Assembly (NCBI GenBank): GCA_951406725.2
Contig: OX597837.1
Span: 37,386,001 to 37,450,000, forward strand
Direction: 5' to 3'
DNA: 64,000 bases
Origin: Octopus vulgaris
Lineage: Eukaryota
Below the pieces are notes generated by a model. The model made no database searches. It saw only the letters and a list, made by a program, of their open reading frames with translations, and was not told the origin of the DNA. This document shows, in pieces, positions 38,704 through 51,675 of the stretch; within the stretch, counting starts at the first letter, position 1, and every line of letters starts with the position of its first letter. The position numbers and the translations under genes are program-made.

Positions 38704-39203
38704 CAGAGAGTATGTCGTGGGGTACTTCAAGTACAGTGGGGTAGAGTAAGTGGGGTGAGGGTATACCCCAACTATAGTTTTATTTGTATTAACCAAAGTT
38801 TCAGGTATGGAAGCAAAGTCTTGAATCAAAGGGCCTTAGAGTTAACCTAGCAAAAACCAAAGTTTTAGTAAATAGGAAGGCAGACAAACCACAAATCCCT
38901 TCAGGTAGATGGCCCTGCTTGATCTGTAGGAAAGGCATAGGTAAATTTTTACTATGTGGTAAGAAGTTTAAACTTAAAATGGCTATGTGTATGTGAGGAA
39001 TTATCGTTAATTACTAATCCAAAACAGTAATTATTCTATCAGTCCCCACCTCACCCAAATTCTTGATCATTTTCAAAAGGAATTAAAATGTACAGGTAGT
39101 GTATTTCATGGGAAATAAGATTGTAAAAGCAAAACAGAAATAGATAAAAACTCGATGGTGAAAAAAAAAGAACCTTGTTAAAATCTAGTTAAAAAAAAAA
39201 ACA

Positions 39204-39701
39204 GGAGTAACTTCGGTATATGTACCGGTGTAAGGACCGGAAGTACCGGATACATTTTAAGAAAGTGTTTTTTTTTTATTATGATAATAATAATAATAAT
39301 AAAAATAATAATAAACATTGTGTACAGTGCTCAGGTGCACTACAACTCATCTAAAGTGTATATATAATCAGGTGTAGTTTCGGCGGATTTCGGAAAGCAT
39401 GAGGGCCTTAAAGGATGCAGTGAGTGTCATGGCAGTCAACAACTGACGCAGGCAGTTTGTTCCATGCTTCAGCAACTCTGAGCGTGAAGAAATGTTTCCG
39501 AAAGTCATGGGAGCTGTGTTGTTTTCTGACTTTGTAGGCATGTCCACGTGTGTTAGACACATGGAGATCAAAAAGGTGTTCAGTGTTGTTGTTGGTGAGG
39601 GGGGGGGGGTTAGGGTTTGTGTTAGGGGTGGGAGAAAAGGGTTTCTGTTATCCTCAGAAATGTAAACAAAGTCACGCGTGTACCTATACCGAAGCATCGC
39701 C
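39204..39701. mobile_element. Degenerate GG-ended MITE interrupted by a CR1 3' fragment (39283-39598)
   Basis: Inverted cttcggtata(t/g)gtac near both ends; internal ttaggggtggg...aaatgtaaa motif shared with 15010-15060. Confidence 0.45.
39283..39598 (-). mobile_element. CR1 LINE 3' fragment
   Basis: Reverse complement of 18577-18880, with the tail. Confidence 0.85.
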
Positions 39702-40687
39702 AAAAGACCAACTCGCTTCCTAAAAATTAAAAACAAACACATACTTAAAAAGACTAAATTGCAAGTTTAAAGTTTATGTAAAACTCGTTAAAAAGACCAA
39801 CAGGCTGGTTCAGAAGTGAAGAAAGAATTATCTCCCTTACTTTTGATTCTTCCATGGCACTGAGAAACGAATACGATATCAAAGTTGTTTGCCTAGCATT
39901 TCTGCTACTAGAGAAACAGGGTTTTTTTTGCCTTTTTACATATCTTTTCCACTTGTTTTGGTTATGGCCTCTCTCTAATACATTCTGATATTCTCATCCC
40001 AGTCCATGCCTCGTCTTCTACCTTCTATTTCGCCAGATATGATTATATTTTGCTAAGTGACGGTGCTGGGAGAAGACTCATCCAATTAGTGCATTGGACA
40101 AAATGCTAAATAACATTTTCACAGGTTCCCCACGTTATGTTCCAGCTTTCATCTCTCTGGGATCGATAAAATAAAGTACCAGTTAGGCAGTGGGCGGGGG
40201 TCAATGTAATTGACTAACACCTGTCCTCCCCAAATTTTTGGCTTCTCACCAATTTGAAAAAAAAAAAATTATTATTCCAACTATCATGTGATATCCAGAA
40301 AAGAAGATGCAAGCACGCATACACGCACACATAATGGTTTTGTAATTTCCACCTATGAAATCCACTGACCAAGCTTTGGTCAGCCTAGGGCTATAGTAGA
40401 AGAGACCTGCTCCAGGTGCTGTACAATGAGACAGTTCCTTTAACTAAAAAATCACCTCAATATTTTGAATGTTTTGCCGCCTAAGAATCTCCCCACTTTT
40501 TGTACCCCTGCCGGCCTCAAAGTCCCTCCTGTAATAAAGAACATCAAGGATCGCAAACCCTTCTTCCTTTGATTCAGCCAAAAATAAAAATAGATAAATA
40601 AAGAAATTAATGACACCTCTCAAAAATGGCTGAGGCTGAAGAGAAAAAAATTTTCATGAAAGAAAACAAGTCAGCTTCGATGCTCAC

Positions 40688-40799
40688 CTTTCGTGCTAAT
40701 CTATCTTCCACAGACCCATTTACCATATATTCACAGATAATACAGAGTTTCGGTTGACAACAATAACCTAAGAGAGGAAGTAAATTTTCATGATGAAAT
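40688..40799 (-). CDS. IRAK4: IRAK4-like kinase, hinge exon (112 nt, phase 2 to 0)
   Basis: FHHENLLPLLGYCCQPKLCIICEYMVNGSVEDRLARK resembles IRAK4 HENL..LLG....LCLVYVYMPNGSL.DRL. Acceptor ttttctag, donor AAG|GTGAGC. Confidence 0.93.
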
Positions 40800-41159
40800 C
40801 TAGAAAAGAAAAAAAGCAAACAAATAATAATTATACATATTAATTATAAATTGCTTTTGTTTACATTTTAACCTACCAAATACAATCACTCACTCACACA
40901 CACATCATCTATTGTTTTACTTTTTATTTGTTCCAGTTATTAGACAGCAGCCATGCTGGGGCACTGCCTTAGAGAATTTTTAGTTAATTTGGTACAGGGC
41001 TGTACAGAAGGAATATATCCTTACATTTTATTCCTATTTTATTGATTATCGCAGTCTGTTGAGAGGTTTTGCAAGTTCAATCTTGGACATGTTTTACCAG
41101 GACAGAATGAGAAACGAAGAGGTGACAAAAAGAGCAAGCATGGGAAGTTTGCAGGACAT

Positions 41160-41400
41160 AGTGACGGAGGCAGGTACGGTTTACTGGCCATGTGCTTTGA
41201 TTATTGCAGGAGAGACATGCTAACATCATGATAGAGTGGACACTGGAAGGAAGCAAAAGACCAAGAGAAAGAGCAAGGAACATGCGGTGCAGTATGCCCC
41301 AGGATGATACAATAGCACAGGAAATTGGTCTCCGTGAAGCCAGGAGGAAGGCAAGCAATTGGGATGTGCAGGGAAAGTTTTTTGCCAGCTGTATGGACAG
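41160..41400 (+). mobile_element. Degenerate RTE-clade LINE fragment
   Basis: RRRQVRFTGHVL...EWTLEGSKRPRER resembles RTE RR.RW.GHV.R...W.P.GKR..GRP. Confidence 0.5.
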
Positions 41401-41870
41401 TACTGCAGGATCTAAAAGCTAAGAGAGGTATATGTAATAATTAAATTCTCTATTATGCACTTTGTGTTTTGTTATGTGCATGATGCTCTGGTCTGTGGCA
41501 AAAATGTCTGGCATAAAACCATTCGAAGTTGGGGGCTGCTGCAGTTGGGAATACAGGAAGGGCCAGGTACCTTCACATTGTTTTCTGTTCACTGATCCCA
41601 TATATTGATGTGTATAAGTGTGTAAATTTGCGTAAAAATTCACAGCCTCGCAGAACAGTCATGTAAACACAGGGAATAGTTATTGCATTCTGGGTAGCTG
41701 AGTACTGTAGGAAGTTGCTGGAAAGTATTTCTGCAGTGCAAGCAGAACTCTGTCTGATTGCCGACCCGTGTTATGACTGATCAATCTGTGATAAGGCTAA
41801 CATGGTTCGCAATTGAGTGTACAGTGTTATCCTAGATCAGTGGTGGATGAATCAGTGATAAATGGGGCTA

Positions 41871-42445
41871 CATCATCATCATCATCATCATTTAGCGTCC
41901 GCTTTCCATGCTAGCGTGGGTTGGACAGTTCAACTGGGGTCTGGGAAGCCAGGAGGCTGCACCAGGCTCCGGTCTGATCTGGCAATGTTTCTACGGCTGG
42001 ATGCCTTTCCTAACGCCAACCACTCTGAGAGTGTGGTGGGTGCTTTTTACGTGCCAGACGAGGCTGGCAAACGGCCACGATCGGATGGTGCTTTTTACGT
42101 GCCACCGGCATGGAGGCCAGGCGAGGCTGGCAATGGCCACGATCGGATGGTGCTTTTTACGTGCAACCGGCATGGAGGCCAGGCGAGGCTGGCAACAGCC
42201 ACGATCGGATGGTGCTTTTTACGTGCCACCGGCATGGAGGCCAGGCGAGGCTGGCAACAGCCATGATCGGATGGTGCTTTTTACGTGCAACCGGCATGGA
42301 GGCCAGGCGAGGCTAGCAACGGACACGATCGGATGGTGCTTTTTACATGCCATCGGCATGGAGGCCAGGCGAGGCTGGCAAACGGCCACGATCGGATGGT
42401 GCTTTTTACGTGCCACTGGCACTGGTATCACAGCTACAATTTCCA
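41871..42445 (-). mobile_element. SINE-like family C with ~6 internal 62-bp tandem units
   Basis: tgctttttac at 42041, 42089, 42151, 42213, 42275, 42337 and 42400. Confidence 0.8.
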
Positions 42446-42595
42446 TTGAAATTACATGTAGCTACATGTGCAACAAAATACGGAAGGCAGTCGAATACAA
42501 AACACACACACACACATGCACAAAATAAATAAAATGGAGCAGGTTGGGAAACAAAAGGAAAGAATTAAAAAGTAAAATAAAAGACCAAAACTTAC

Positions 42596-42692
42596 TTTTT
42601 AAGTACATTTAATTCTGTTTCATACTGTTTAACGAGGTCGTTAGTTGTATCATATAGTCGTTTCACAGCTACATGTTCTTTACCTTCAATAC
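42596..42692 (-). CDS. IRAK4: IRAK4-like kinase, VAVK/alphaC exon (97 nt, phase 1 to 2; not in the ORF track)
   Basis: Acceptor ttttctag, donor AA|GTAAG. GIEGKEHVAVKRLYDTTNDLVKQYETELNVLK carries the catalytic Lys and the alphaC Glu. Confidence 0.92.
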
Positions 42693-42964
42693 CTAGAAAA
42701 AGAAAAAAGAAAAGTCACACATCACCATCATCATCAGCATTATTCAACATCCCCTTTTCCATGCTTGCAGGGGTTGGATGAAATCTGTTGACACAGACTT
42801 TTCTACAGCTGGATGCCCTTCCTGTGGCCAACCCTCACCAGTTTCCAAACAAGTGAATATTTACACAGCCTCACAGCACAATCATCATTATTATTATAAT
42901 AAAAGAATTATTATTATTATAAAAGAATTGTTATTATTATTATTATCATTATTATTATAAAAGA

Positions 42965-42997
<33 letters not shown>

Positions 42998-43176
42998 AAA
43001 GAATTGTTGTTATTATTATCATTATTATTATAAAAGAATTGTTGTTATTATTATCATTATTATTATTATAAAAGAATTGTTGTTATTATTATTATTATTA
43101 TAAAAGAATTGTTGTTGTTATTATTATAAAAGAATTGTTGTAGTTATTATTATTTTTATTATTATTATTATTATTA

Positions 43177-43585
43177 AGGCAGTGAGCTGGCGGAATCGTT
43201 AGCAAACCAGGCAAAATGCTTAGCGGTATTTCATCTGTTGCTATGTTCTGAGTTCAAATTCCACCAAGGTCAACTTTGCCTTTCATCCTTTTGGGGCTGA
43301 TAAATTAAGTATCAGTTGTATACTGGGGTCGATCTAATCGACTTGCCCCCCTCCCCGAAAATTTCAGACCTTGTGCCTATAGTAGAAAAGAATTATTAGC
43401 ATGCTGAGTGAAATGCTTAGCGATATTTCCTCTGTCGCTTCATTCTAAGTTCAAATTCCACTGAGGTCAACTTTGCATTTCATCCTTTTGGAGCTGATAA
43501 ATTAAGTACCAGTGAAGTACTGGGGTCGATATGATTAACTGTCCCCCTCCCCACAAAAATCCAGGTCTTGTGCCTATAATAGGAT
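43177..43585 (+). mobile_element. Two tandem SINE family B copies after a (TAT)n array
   Basis: Same consensus as other family B copies. Confidence 0.8.
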
Positions 43586-43744
43586 TATGATGATGATAGA
43601 CATATATAGAAGTAGACAAAAATTTATAAGAACAAAAAATAAATTCAACAAGAAGTAAAAGGAATAATGCAGATATGGATTAAAGGATTAAGAGTTGAAG
43701 GACATAAAGATTAAGAAATTCCAAGCAAGGATAAATAAACTTAC

Positions 43745-43876
43745 CAAGGTAGACGGAACCGAAGCCGCCGCTGCCCAATAGGCGACCACCATCGGATAAA
43801 CTACAATCATCGAAGTTATTTGTGATTTCTTCAAGTAAGGAATATTCAATTTTGCTGAACGCTTCATCATTCCCAG
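43745..43876 (-). CDS. IRAK4: IRAK4-like kinase, exon with Gly-rich loop (132 nt)
   Basis: AGNDEAFSKIEYSLLEEITNNFDDCSLSDGGRLLGSGGFGSVYL matches IRAK4 L..VTNNFD...GG.K.G.GGFG.VY. Acceptor ttcag, donor G|GTAAGT. Confidence 0.93.
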
Positions 43877-43969
43877 CTGAATGCCAAAAAAAAAAAAGGA
43901 AAAAGAAAGAAAAGAATATAGTCATGTTCATTTGTCAGAGAAAGAAGGTGCATCAAGGGGGTTGGCGCT

Positions 43970-44195
43970 TAACCCTTTAGTGTTCAGATTATTCTATCAA
44001 ACATAATGCTTATTGATTCCCATTGATTTGAATTAATCATGCATTATCTCATATCTTCAAGATCTTGATGGTGTAATTACTTAATGTAGAATAACATTGT
44101 AGGGTAGGTGTGAGGGCCTGGATCTGGTCAGTTTGAACATAAAACAGATTAAATATTTTGGCTGGATATGGCCGGTTTAAATACTAAAGGGTTAA
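43970..44195. mobile_element. TTAA-flanked MITE, family 2
   Basis: ttaaccctttagtgttcag...ctaaagggttaa. Confidence 0.8.
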
Positions 44196-44300
44196 GGTGG
44201 TTCGGTCATGCAGCCCGCCTGGCGTCCAGAGGGCGAGCTGATTCGCAATGCCTTCCTCCCACCTCCACTTCCCAGCTGGAGCAAATGGACCGAGGTTGAG
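44195..44300 (+). mobile_element. Degenerate RTE-clade LINE fragment
   Basis: RWFGHAAR..PEGELIRNAFLPPPLPSW, with a frameshift. Confidence 0.45.
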
Positions 44301-45234
44301 AACCACTGGTGGATTAGCTGGGTAGATTAACACAGGGGATTAGCTCAATGTCTTGGATTTTGTCTTGCCATTTTATGCCAAGAATCTGAGACAGGGGATG
44401 TGGGAGATCCAATGACGGTTACACCGCTGTATTTAGTGGCCTTCCCCTCCACCACCACTGTCTTTCATATCCTTTACTATCACTATCATGACCACCTCCG
44501 CTACCACTGCCACCACCACCATTATCACCATTGCCTCCGCCCCCATCACAACTACAGCTCATACTATCACTATCACCCCTTTACCATCTCAACTGTCAAT
44601 CTACTACCACCCACACTGTTCTTAGACCTCTTATTACTCTCACCCCAGCAAGGGGAGTAGAAGAAGTGTCATTGAATAGTGAGAGGGGGGGTTCAAAGTG
44701 TGATACACTGACACACACAAATTCGTTTTGGCATTTATTATTAGAGATACTCTTTTACTCCCTTTTTAATTGTTTCATTCATTTGACCGTGGCCATGCCG
44801 GAGCACTGCCTTCAGTCAAGTAAATCGATCCCAGGACTTATTCTTTGTAAGCCTAGTACTTATTCTATTGGTCTCTCTTGCCGAACCGCTAAGTTACAGG
44901 GATGTAAACACCCCAGCATCGGTTGTTAAGCGATGTTGGGGGGACAAACATACACACACAAACATACACACACACAATGACATGAAGGGGCTGCAAATGG
45001 ACATTTTGACACACTAGAAATAACAGCCAAATCTCCAAATAACAATGACATGAAGGGGCTGCAAATGGTGGTGGTGGTGGTGAGGGTGGTGAAGGTAGCG
45101 TTGGGTGTAGAGAGTACGAATGGCATTAGGAGTGGTCGTGTGGTGGAAGTGGTAGTACTAGGATGTTGGTGATGGTAGGGGGCAGTGGTGGGGAGTGGAA
45201 TTTGCTGGTGACAGAAATTGGATACGCACACAAA

Positions 45235-45548
45235 GAGTGTGTGTGTATGTGTATATATATATACACACACACACACTATATATACATAATACATATACAC
45301 ACACACTATATATATACATAATACATACACACACACACTATATATACATAATACATATACATACACACACATTATATATATATATATATATATATACACA
45401 TAATACATATACACTATATATATACATAATACATACACACACACTATATATATACATAATACATACACACACACACACACTATATATATACATAAAACAT
45501 ACACACACACACTATATATATACATAATACATATACATACACACACAC

Positions 45549-45580
<32 letters not shown>

Positions 45581-45728
45581 ATACATATACACTATATATA
45601 TATACATAATACATACACACACACACACACTATATATATACATAAAACATACACACACACTATATATATATATAATAGATATACATACACAAACACTATA
45701 TATATAATACATATACATACACAAACAC

Positions 45729-45760
<32 letters not shown>

Positions 45761-46060
45761 ATACATATACACTATATATATACATAAAACATACACACAC
45801 ACTATATATATATATAATAGATATACATACACAAACACTATATATATAATACATATACATACACACACACTATATATATATATATATATATACACATAAT
45901 ACATATACACTATATATATACATAATACATACACACACACTATATATATACATAAAACATACACACACACTATATATATATATAATAGATATACATACAC
46001 AAACACTATATATATAATACATATACATACACACACACTATATATATATATATATATATA
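45235..46060. repeat. Compound CA/TA microsatellite with higher-order blocks
   Basis: Repeated cactatatatatacataatacatac units. Confidence 0.85.
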
Positions 46061-47868
46061 TTCACAGACATGTACATATCTATATACATGCACACCCATG
46101 CACACACACACACACACCCACCCATATACATAGGTTGTTATGGTGGTGGTAGGGAGGGCTATTAGTTGTTGTTGTTGGTGGTGGTGGTGGTGGTGGTGGT
46201 AGGTGTTATATAACAATGACACACAACAAAAGGAAAATAAATATAAAAAAAAAAACCAATGATAAAAGCAAGATATGCCTTGAATAATTAGTAGCAATTA
46301 CATCCTAGCACATTATGCTGGTGTACCCAAGCTTGACATAGACAGAAGACATATCTGTAGGAATACAAAGACAAGGATACATGTATATACATATATAACA
46401 TACTAGCCTCGAAGCCGTTTTCAGGCTGGCTCCTGTGGTGGGCACCTTTGAGGCCATCGGCCCCACTATCAAGCTACTTCGTGGCCCTCTGCCCTAGCGT
46501 AATGTAATGGACTTGGACACATTCATTGTATCTCTTTACTCTCTTTTACTTGTTTCAGTCATTTGACTGCGGCCATGCTGGAGCACCGCCTTTGGTCGAG
46601 CAAATCGACCCCGGGACTTATTCTTTTGTAAGCCCAGTACTTATTCTATCGGTCTCTTTTGCCGAACCGCTAAGTGACGGGGACATGAACACACCAGCAT
46701 CGGTTGTCAAGCAATGCTAGGGGGACAAACACAGACACACAAACACATACATATATATATATACGTATATACGACAGGCTTCTTTCAGTTTCCGTCTACC
46801 AAATCCACTCACAAGGCATTGGTCGGCCTGGGGCTATTGCAGAGGACACTTGCCCAAGATGCCACGCAGTGGGACTGAAGCCGGAACCATGTGGTTGGTT
46901 AGCAAGCTACTTACCACACAGCCACTCCTGCGCCTATGTATATGTACCTCCTGGTATTAATTATCCGATACCCCATTCCAAACTCCCTACCTGACATATA
47001 TCCTTGCACCCACACCCATACACTTAATACCTGTACTTCACTCGCACCCATATCTAAACCCCATGTCTCATTAACATGTAACCTGAATTCCATCTCTGTA
47101 ACAGTGTGTCAGTGTGTCCACCCTTGGACTGTGCTTTCTGCCAGCTTTGCCGATAGCCATACAACTAGTTTCTAGTTTGACTTACAGCTTCTTTTAAGAC
47201 TTATAGGTAAGTTTTTAGCCTTGAAGCCACCCTTGAGGTGGCATTCAGGTTAGCTGAGAATTTTGTTGGGTATTCAGGTCGAAAAAAAATTCTAGAACTC
47301 TGGGGCTGAAAGCCCAAACTCACATATGTAACTGGAACAGGAAGATTAGTTTCCCACCTAGACATAAGTTTCATAATCAACAAAATATAAATATCCACAC
47401 TGACACACCTGAAACATACCTGTTATAACTTTTTACCTTGATTTGAATGTACGTGAAGGCATTTAGAATGCTCAAACTTATTTCTGCAAATACATAAGAA
47501 AACCATCCGAACGTGACCGTAGCCAGTACCACATCGATTGGCCTCCGTGCTATGGGCACGTAACAAACAACATCCGAGCGTGGCCGGTCGCCAGCCTCGT
47601 CTGGCACCTGTGTCGGTAGCACATAAAAACACCATCCGAGCGTGGCCGTCTGCCAGCCTCGTCTGGCACCTGTGTAGGAACATAAATTGTGACTAAGGTG
47701 GTTGGCGTGGAAGGGCATTTTAGCTGTAGAAACATTGCCAGAAAGACCGGAGCCTGGTGCAGCCTTCTGGCTTCCCAGACCCCAGTTGAACCGTCCAACC
47801 CATGCTAGCATGGAAAGTGGACGTTAAACGATGATGATGATGTACTAAGCACTGACGCTGATCATAAT

Positions 47869-48398
47869 TTAACCCTTTCGTTACTGTATTTATTTTGAGA
47901 TGCTCTGTGTTTCTTTCAATTAATTTTAAATATGACAAAGAGTTTAGTAAAATAACTTCATTATCATTAAGCTAGTGTTAGGAACATAATTTGCGACTAA
48001 GGTTTGGTGGAAGATTTTAATTCAAAACTTATGAAAACAAGACATTTGTACTACAGAGCCAAAGCCGGTTTCAGCCGGGTTGGTATCAAAAGGGTTAAGA
48101 GAAGCTATTTAAGAAAGAAAGAAAGAAGGAAAGAAGGATTTTATTGCTGTTGAGGTCATCTTCACTTTTCATATCTCCAACATCAATATTAATGGGACCT
48201 GTGGAAATTCCACAGAGTGAAAAAGATTAACCCTTTTGTTACCATATTTCTGTTGAGATGCTCTGTGTTTCTTTCACTTAATTCTAAATATAACTAAGAA
48301 TTTAGTAAAATAACTTTCTTATCATTAAGCTAGTGTTAAGAACATAAATTGGGACTAAGGTATGGTGGAAGATTTTAATTCAAAACTTATGAAAACAA
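47869..48398. mobile_element. Composite MITE-spacer-MITE (family 1), copy B, inverted, second MITE truncated
   Basis: Its reverse complement aligns with 4745-5260, including the spacer and both MITE-end variants. Confidence 0.75.
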
Positions 48399-48559
48399 TA
48401 TAATCGACATCACCATCAACGCAACCCCCTACCTGTACCCCACCACGACCACCACCACCACAATACTTTTCCACTTCATCGTCACCACCACCTCCCTCCT
48501 CATCACCACTGTTCCTCACCCATTCTTCATCACCATCACCGCCACAATCCTTTTCTTCC

Positions 48560-48998
48560 ACCGCCACCACCACCATCAACTGCACCACCACCACCACCAC
48601 CACCATCAACTGCACCACCACCATCAGCTGCACCACCACCACCACCATCAGCTACACCACCACCACCACCACCATCAGCTGCACCACCACCACCACCATC
48701 ATCAGCTACACCACCACCACCACCACCATCAGCTGCACCACCACCACCACCATCAGCTACACCACCACCACCACCACCATCAGCTGCACCACCACCACCA
48801 TCTGCACCACCACCACCATCTGCACCACCATCAGCTACACCACCACCACCACCATCAGCTGCACCACCACCACCACCATCAGCTACACCACCACCACCAC
48901 CATCAGCTGCACCACCACCACCATCAGCTGCACCACCACCACCATCTGCACCACCATCAGCTACACCACCACCACCACCACCATCAGCTGCACCACCA
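48560..48998. repeat. (CAC)n-based minisatellite (caccaccaccatcagctg/a)
   Basis: Seen directly; begins about 25 nt past the donor of the 300-nt IRAK4 exon in transcript direction. Confidence 0.88.
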
Positions 48999-49023
48999 AT
49001 AGTAATCACTGAGAATTACTTAC

Positions 49024-49323
49024 CTATGTGTAAGTTGAGAAGTTGCTTCAATACTGCAGGTGTGTCATCATTCTCCGTGGCCTTCTTTGTAAAAGCTTCT
49101 GCAAACGGGTTCGGTTGTCCGACAGGGAAGCTGCTCTGTTGCGCTGAACTGCTGACGGAGTAATGATATGATCTCATTTCTATGGTGGAGAGTTCAGAAA
49201 CATCCGACGAACTTCGTCTGGAAGAATTATCAATCGAAGAACTTCTACTTTCACTATGTTCTTGCGGCAAAGATGGACTGATTCTTTTCTCACAGCACTT
49301 TGTTGTTTTGGTGGAAGGTGTGT
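49024..49323 (-). CDS. IRAK4: IRAK4-like kinase, 300-nt Ser-rich linker exon
   Basis: Acceptor ttctctctttcgcag, donor ATAG|GTAAGT, phase 1 to 1. DTPSTKTTKCCEKRISPSLPQEHSES...VLKQLLNLHI; non-repetitive and open. Confidence 0.8.
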
Positions 49324-50254
49324 CTGCGAAAGAGAGAAAAAAAATAAACCGTATATAAGCACAGGTGGGGATGTGTACTGAGTAGTTTGCTTCCCAACCA
49401 CATGGTTCTAGGTTCAATCCCACTGTGTGTCACCTTGGGAAAATGTCTTTTACTATAGCCCCAAATAGATTTGGTAGGCAGAAACTGAAAGAAGCCTGAA
49501 GCCTGTTGTGTGTGTGTGTGTGTGTGTGTTTTTGTCTCAGTGTTTGTCCCCCATCACAGCTTCACAACTGGTATTGGTGTGTTTACATCCCAGTAACTTA
49601 GCACTTCAGCAAAAGAGACCGATAGACTTAAAAAATAATAATAATAAATAAGTACAGGGGTCAATTCATTTGACTAAAACGTCAAGGTGGTGCTCCAGCA
49701 TGGCCACAGTCTAATGACTGAAACAAGTAGGAAAATGGTGGCACGTAAAAAGCACCATCCGACTGTGGCCGTTTGCCAGCCCTGTCTGGCCCCACGTAAA
49801 AAGCACCCACTACACTCACGGAGTGGTTGGCGTTAGGAAGGGCATCCAGCCGTAGAAACATTGCCAGATTAGACTGGGCCTGGTGCAGCCTTCTGGCCTC
49901 CCAGACTCCAGTTGAACCGTCCAACCCATGCTAGCATGGAAAGCGGATGCTAAATGATGATGATGATGATGATGAACAATTAGATTCAAAATGATGACTT
50001 ATAGACATCAATGAGGATCAGCAAACAATAAAGCAATCAGTAAAATTATAAACATAACCATCGGCTATAATTAGATTCATTAGTCTGGAGATGTTTCTGA
50101 CTGAAGAGACACAAAAAAGTTGAAACACTGGTGTCACAGCCATCTTAGCAGCATTAGAGGTCCCCTAGGCAAATTGGTGCACTGGGTCCTGTAGCTAATA
50201 GGTGTATGAACAATACATAGAATAATGCACAGGAAGTGAACAGTGAAAAAGTCA

Positions 50255-50470
50255 TTTAAATAAAAGTGGGGGAAGGCATGGGGGGAGTGTACTGTTGGCA
50301 AATTCCAAGAAACATGGAAGTTTTGAAGGATGTCATGTCCCAACATCCAACTACTGAAGCAAGTAGTTTATTCCACGCTTCAGTAATTCTGAGCGTGGAA
50401 AAAATGTCTTCAAAAGTCTTGGGTGCTGTGTTCTTTTTTGATTTTGTAAGCATGCTCTTTGAGTGTAAGA
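50255..50470 (-). mobile_element. Degenerate CR1 LINE 3' fragment
   Basis: STLRITEAWNKLLASVVGC in ORF 50256..50504. Confidence 0.7.
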
Positions 50471-50564
50471 CATATGGAACTCGAAAAGGTGCCATACAAT
50501 GCAAGTGTTAAAACATACAGGGACATCATTGAAAATTCAAAGCTATGAGATAATGCATTACACT

Positions 50565-50783
50565 TTTACTCTTTTACTTGTTTCAGTCATTTTGACTGCG
50601 GTCATGCTGGAGCACCGGCTTTAGTCGAGCAAATCGACCCCGGGACTTATTCTTTGTAAGCCCAGTACTTATTTTATCGGTCTCTTTTTGCCAAACCGCT
50701 AAGTGATGGGGACGTAAACACACCAGCATCGGTTGTCAAGCAATGCTAGGGGGACAAACACAGACATACAAACATACACACAA

Positions 50784-50823
<40 letters not shown>

Positions 50824-51675
50824 TCTTTTACTCTTTTATTTGTTTCAGTCATTTTGACTGCGGCCATGCTGGAGCACCGCCTTTAGTCGAGCAAATCGAC
50901 CCCGGGACTTATTCTTTGTAAGCCCAGTACTTATTCTATCGGTCTCTTTTGCCGAACCGCTAAGTGACAGGGACATAAACACACCAGCATCGGTTGTCAA
51001 GCAATACTAGGGGGACAAAGACAGACACACACTCACTCATATATATTTACATACATATATATACGACGGGCTTCTTTCAGTTTCCGTCTACCAAATCCAC
51101 TCACAAGGCATTGGTTGGCCCGGAGCTATAGCAGAAGACACTTGCCCAAGATGCCACGCAGTGGGAATGAACCCGGAACCATGTGGTTGGTTAGCAAGCT
51201 ACTTACCACACAGCCACTCCTGCATATTTTTTTTTACTTCTTTCAGTCATTTGACTGCGGCCATGCTGGAGCACCGCCTTTAGTCGAGCAGATCGACCCC
51301 GGGACTTATTCTTTGTAAGCCCAGTACTTATTCTATCGGTCTCTTTTGCCGAACCGCTAAGTGACGGGGACGTAAACACACCAGCATCGGTTGTCAAGCA
51401 ATGCTAGGGGGACAAACACAGACACACAAACATATACACACACATACATATATATATATATATACATATATACGACAGGCTTCTTTCAGTTTCCGTCTAC
51501 CAAATCCACTCACAAGGCATTGGTCGGCCCGGGGCTATAGCAGAAGACACTTGCCCAAGGTGCCATGCAGTGGGACTGAACCCGGAACCATGTGGTTGGT
51601 TAGCAAGCTACTTACCACACAGCCACTCCTGCGCCTATATATACATATATACGACAGGCTTCTTTCAGTTTCCGT
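50565..51675 (-). mobile_element. Three tandem or nested SINE family A copies
   Basis: Starts near 50565, 50822 and 51235, all in the same orientation. Confidence 0.85.

Noticed and set aside
47420-47484. Exon-like segment with acceptor tttgcag and two possible donors in an IRAK4 intron
   Set aside because: Neither donor restores the phase-1 frame required by the flanking exons, and the acceptor abuts a SINE.
48536-49009. Gly-rich GGGGAAD ORF; also the His-rich ORF 469-870 and poly-Leu/Tyr ORFs 59746-60054
   Set aside because: Triplet-repeat translations in introns, without credible starts or splice context.
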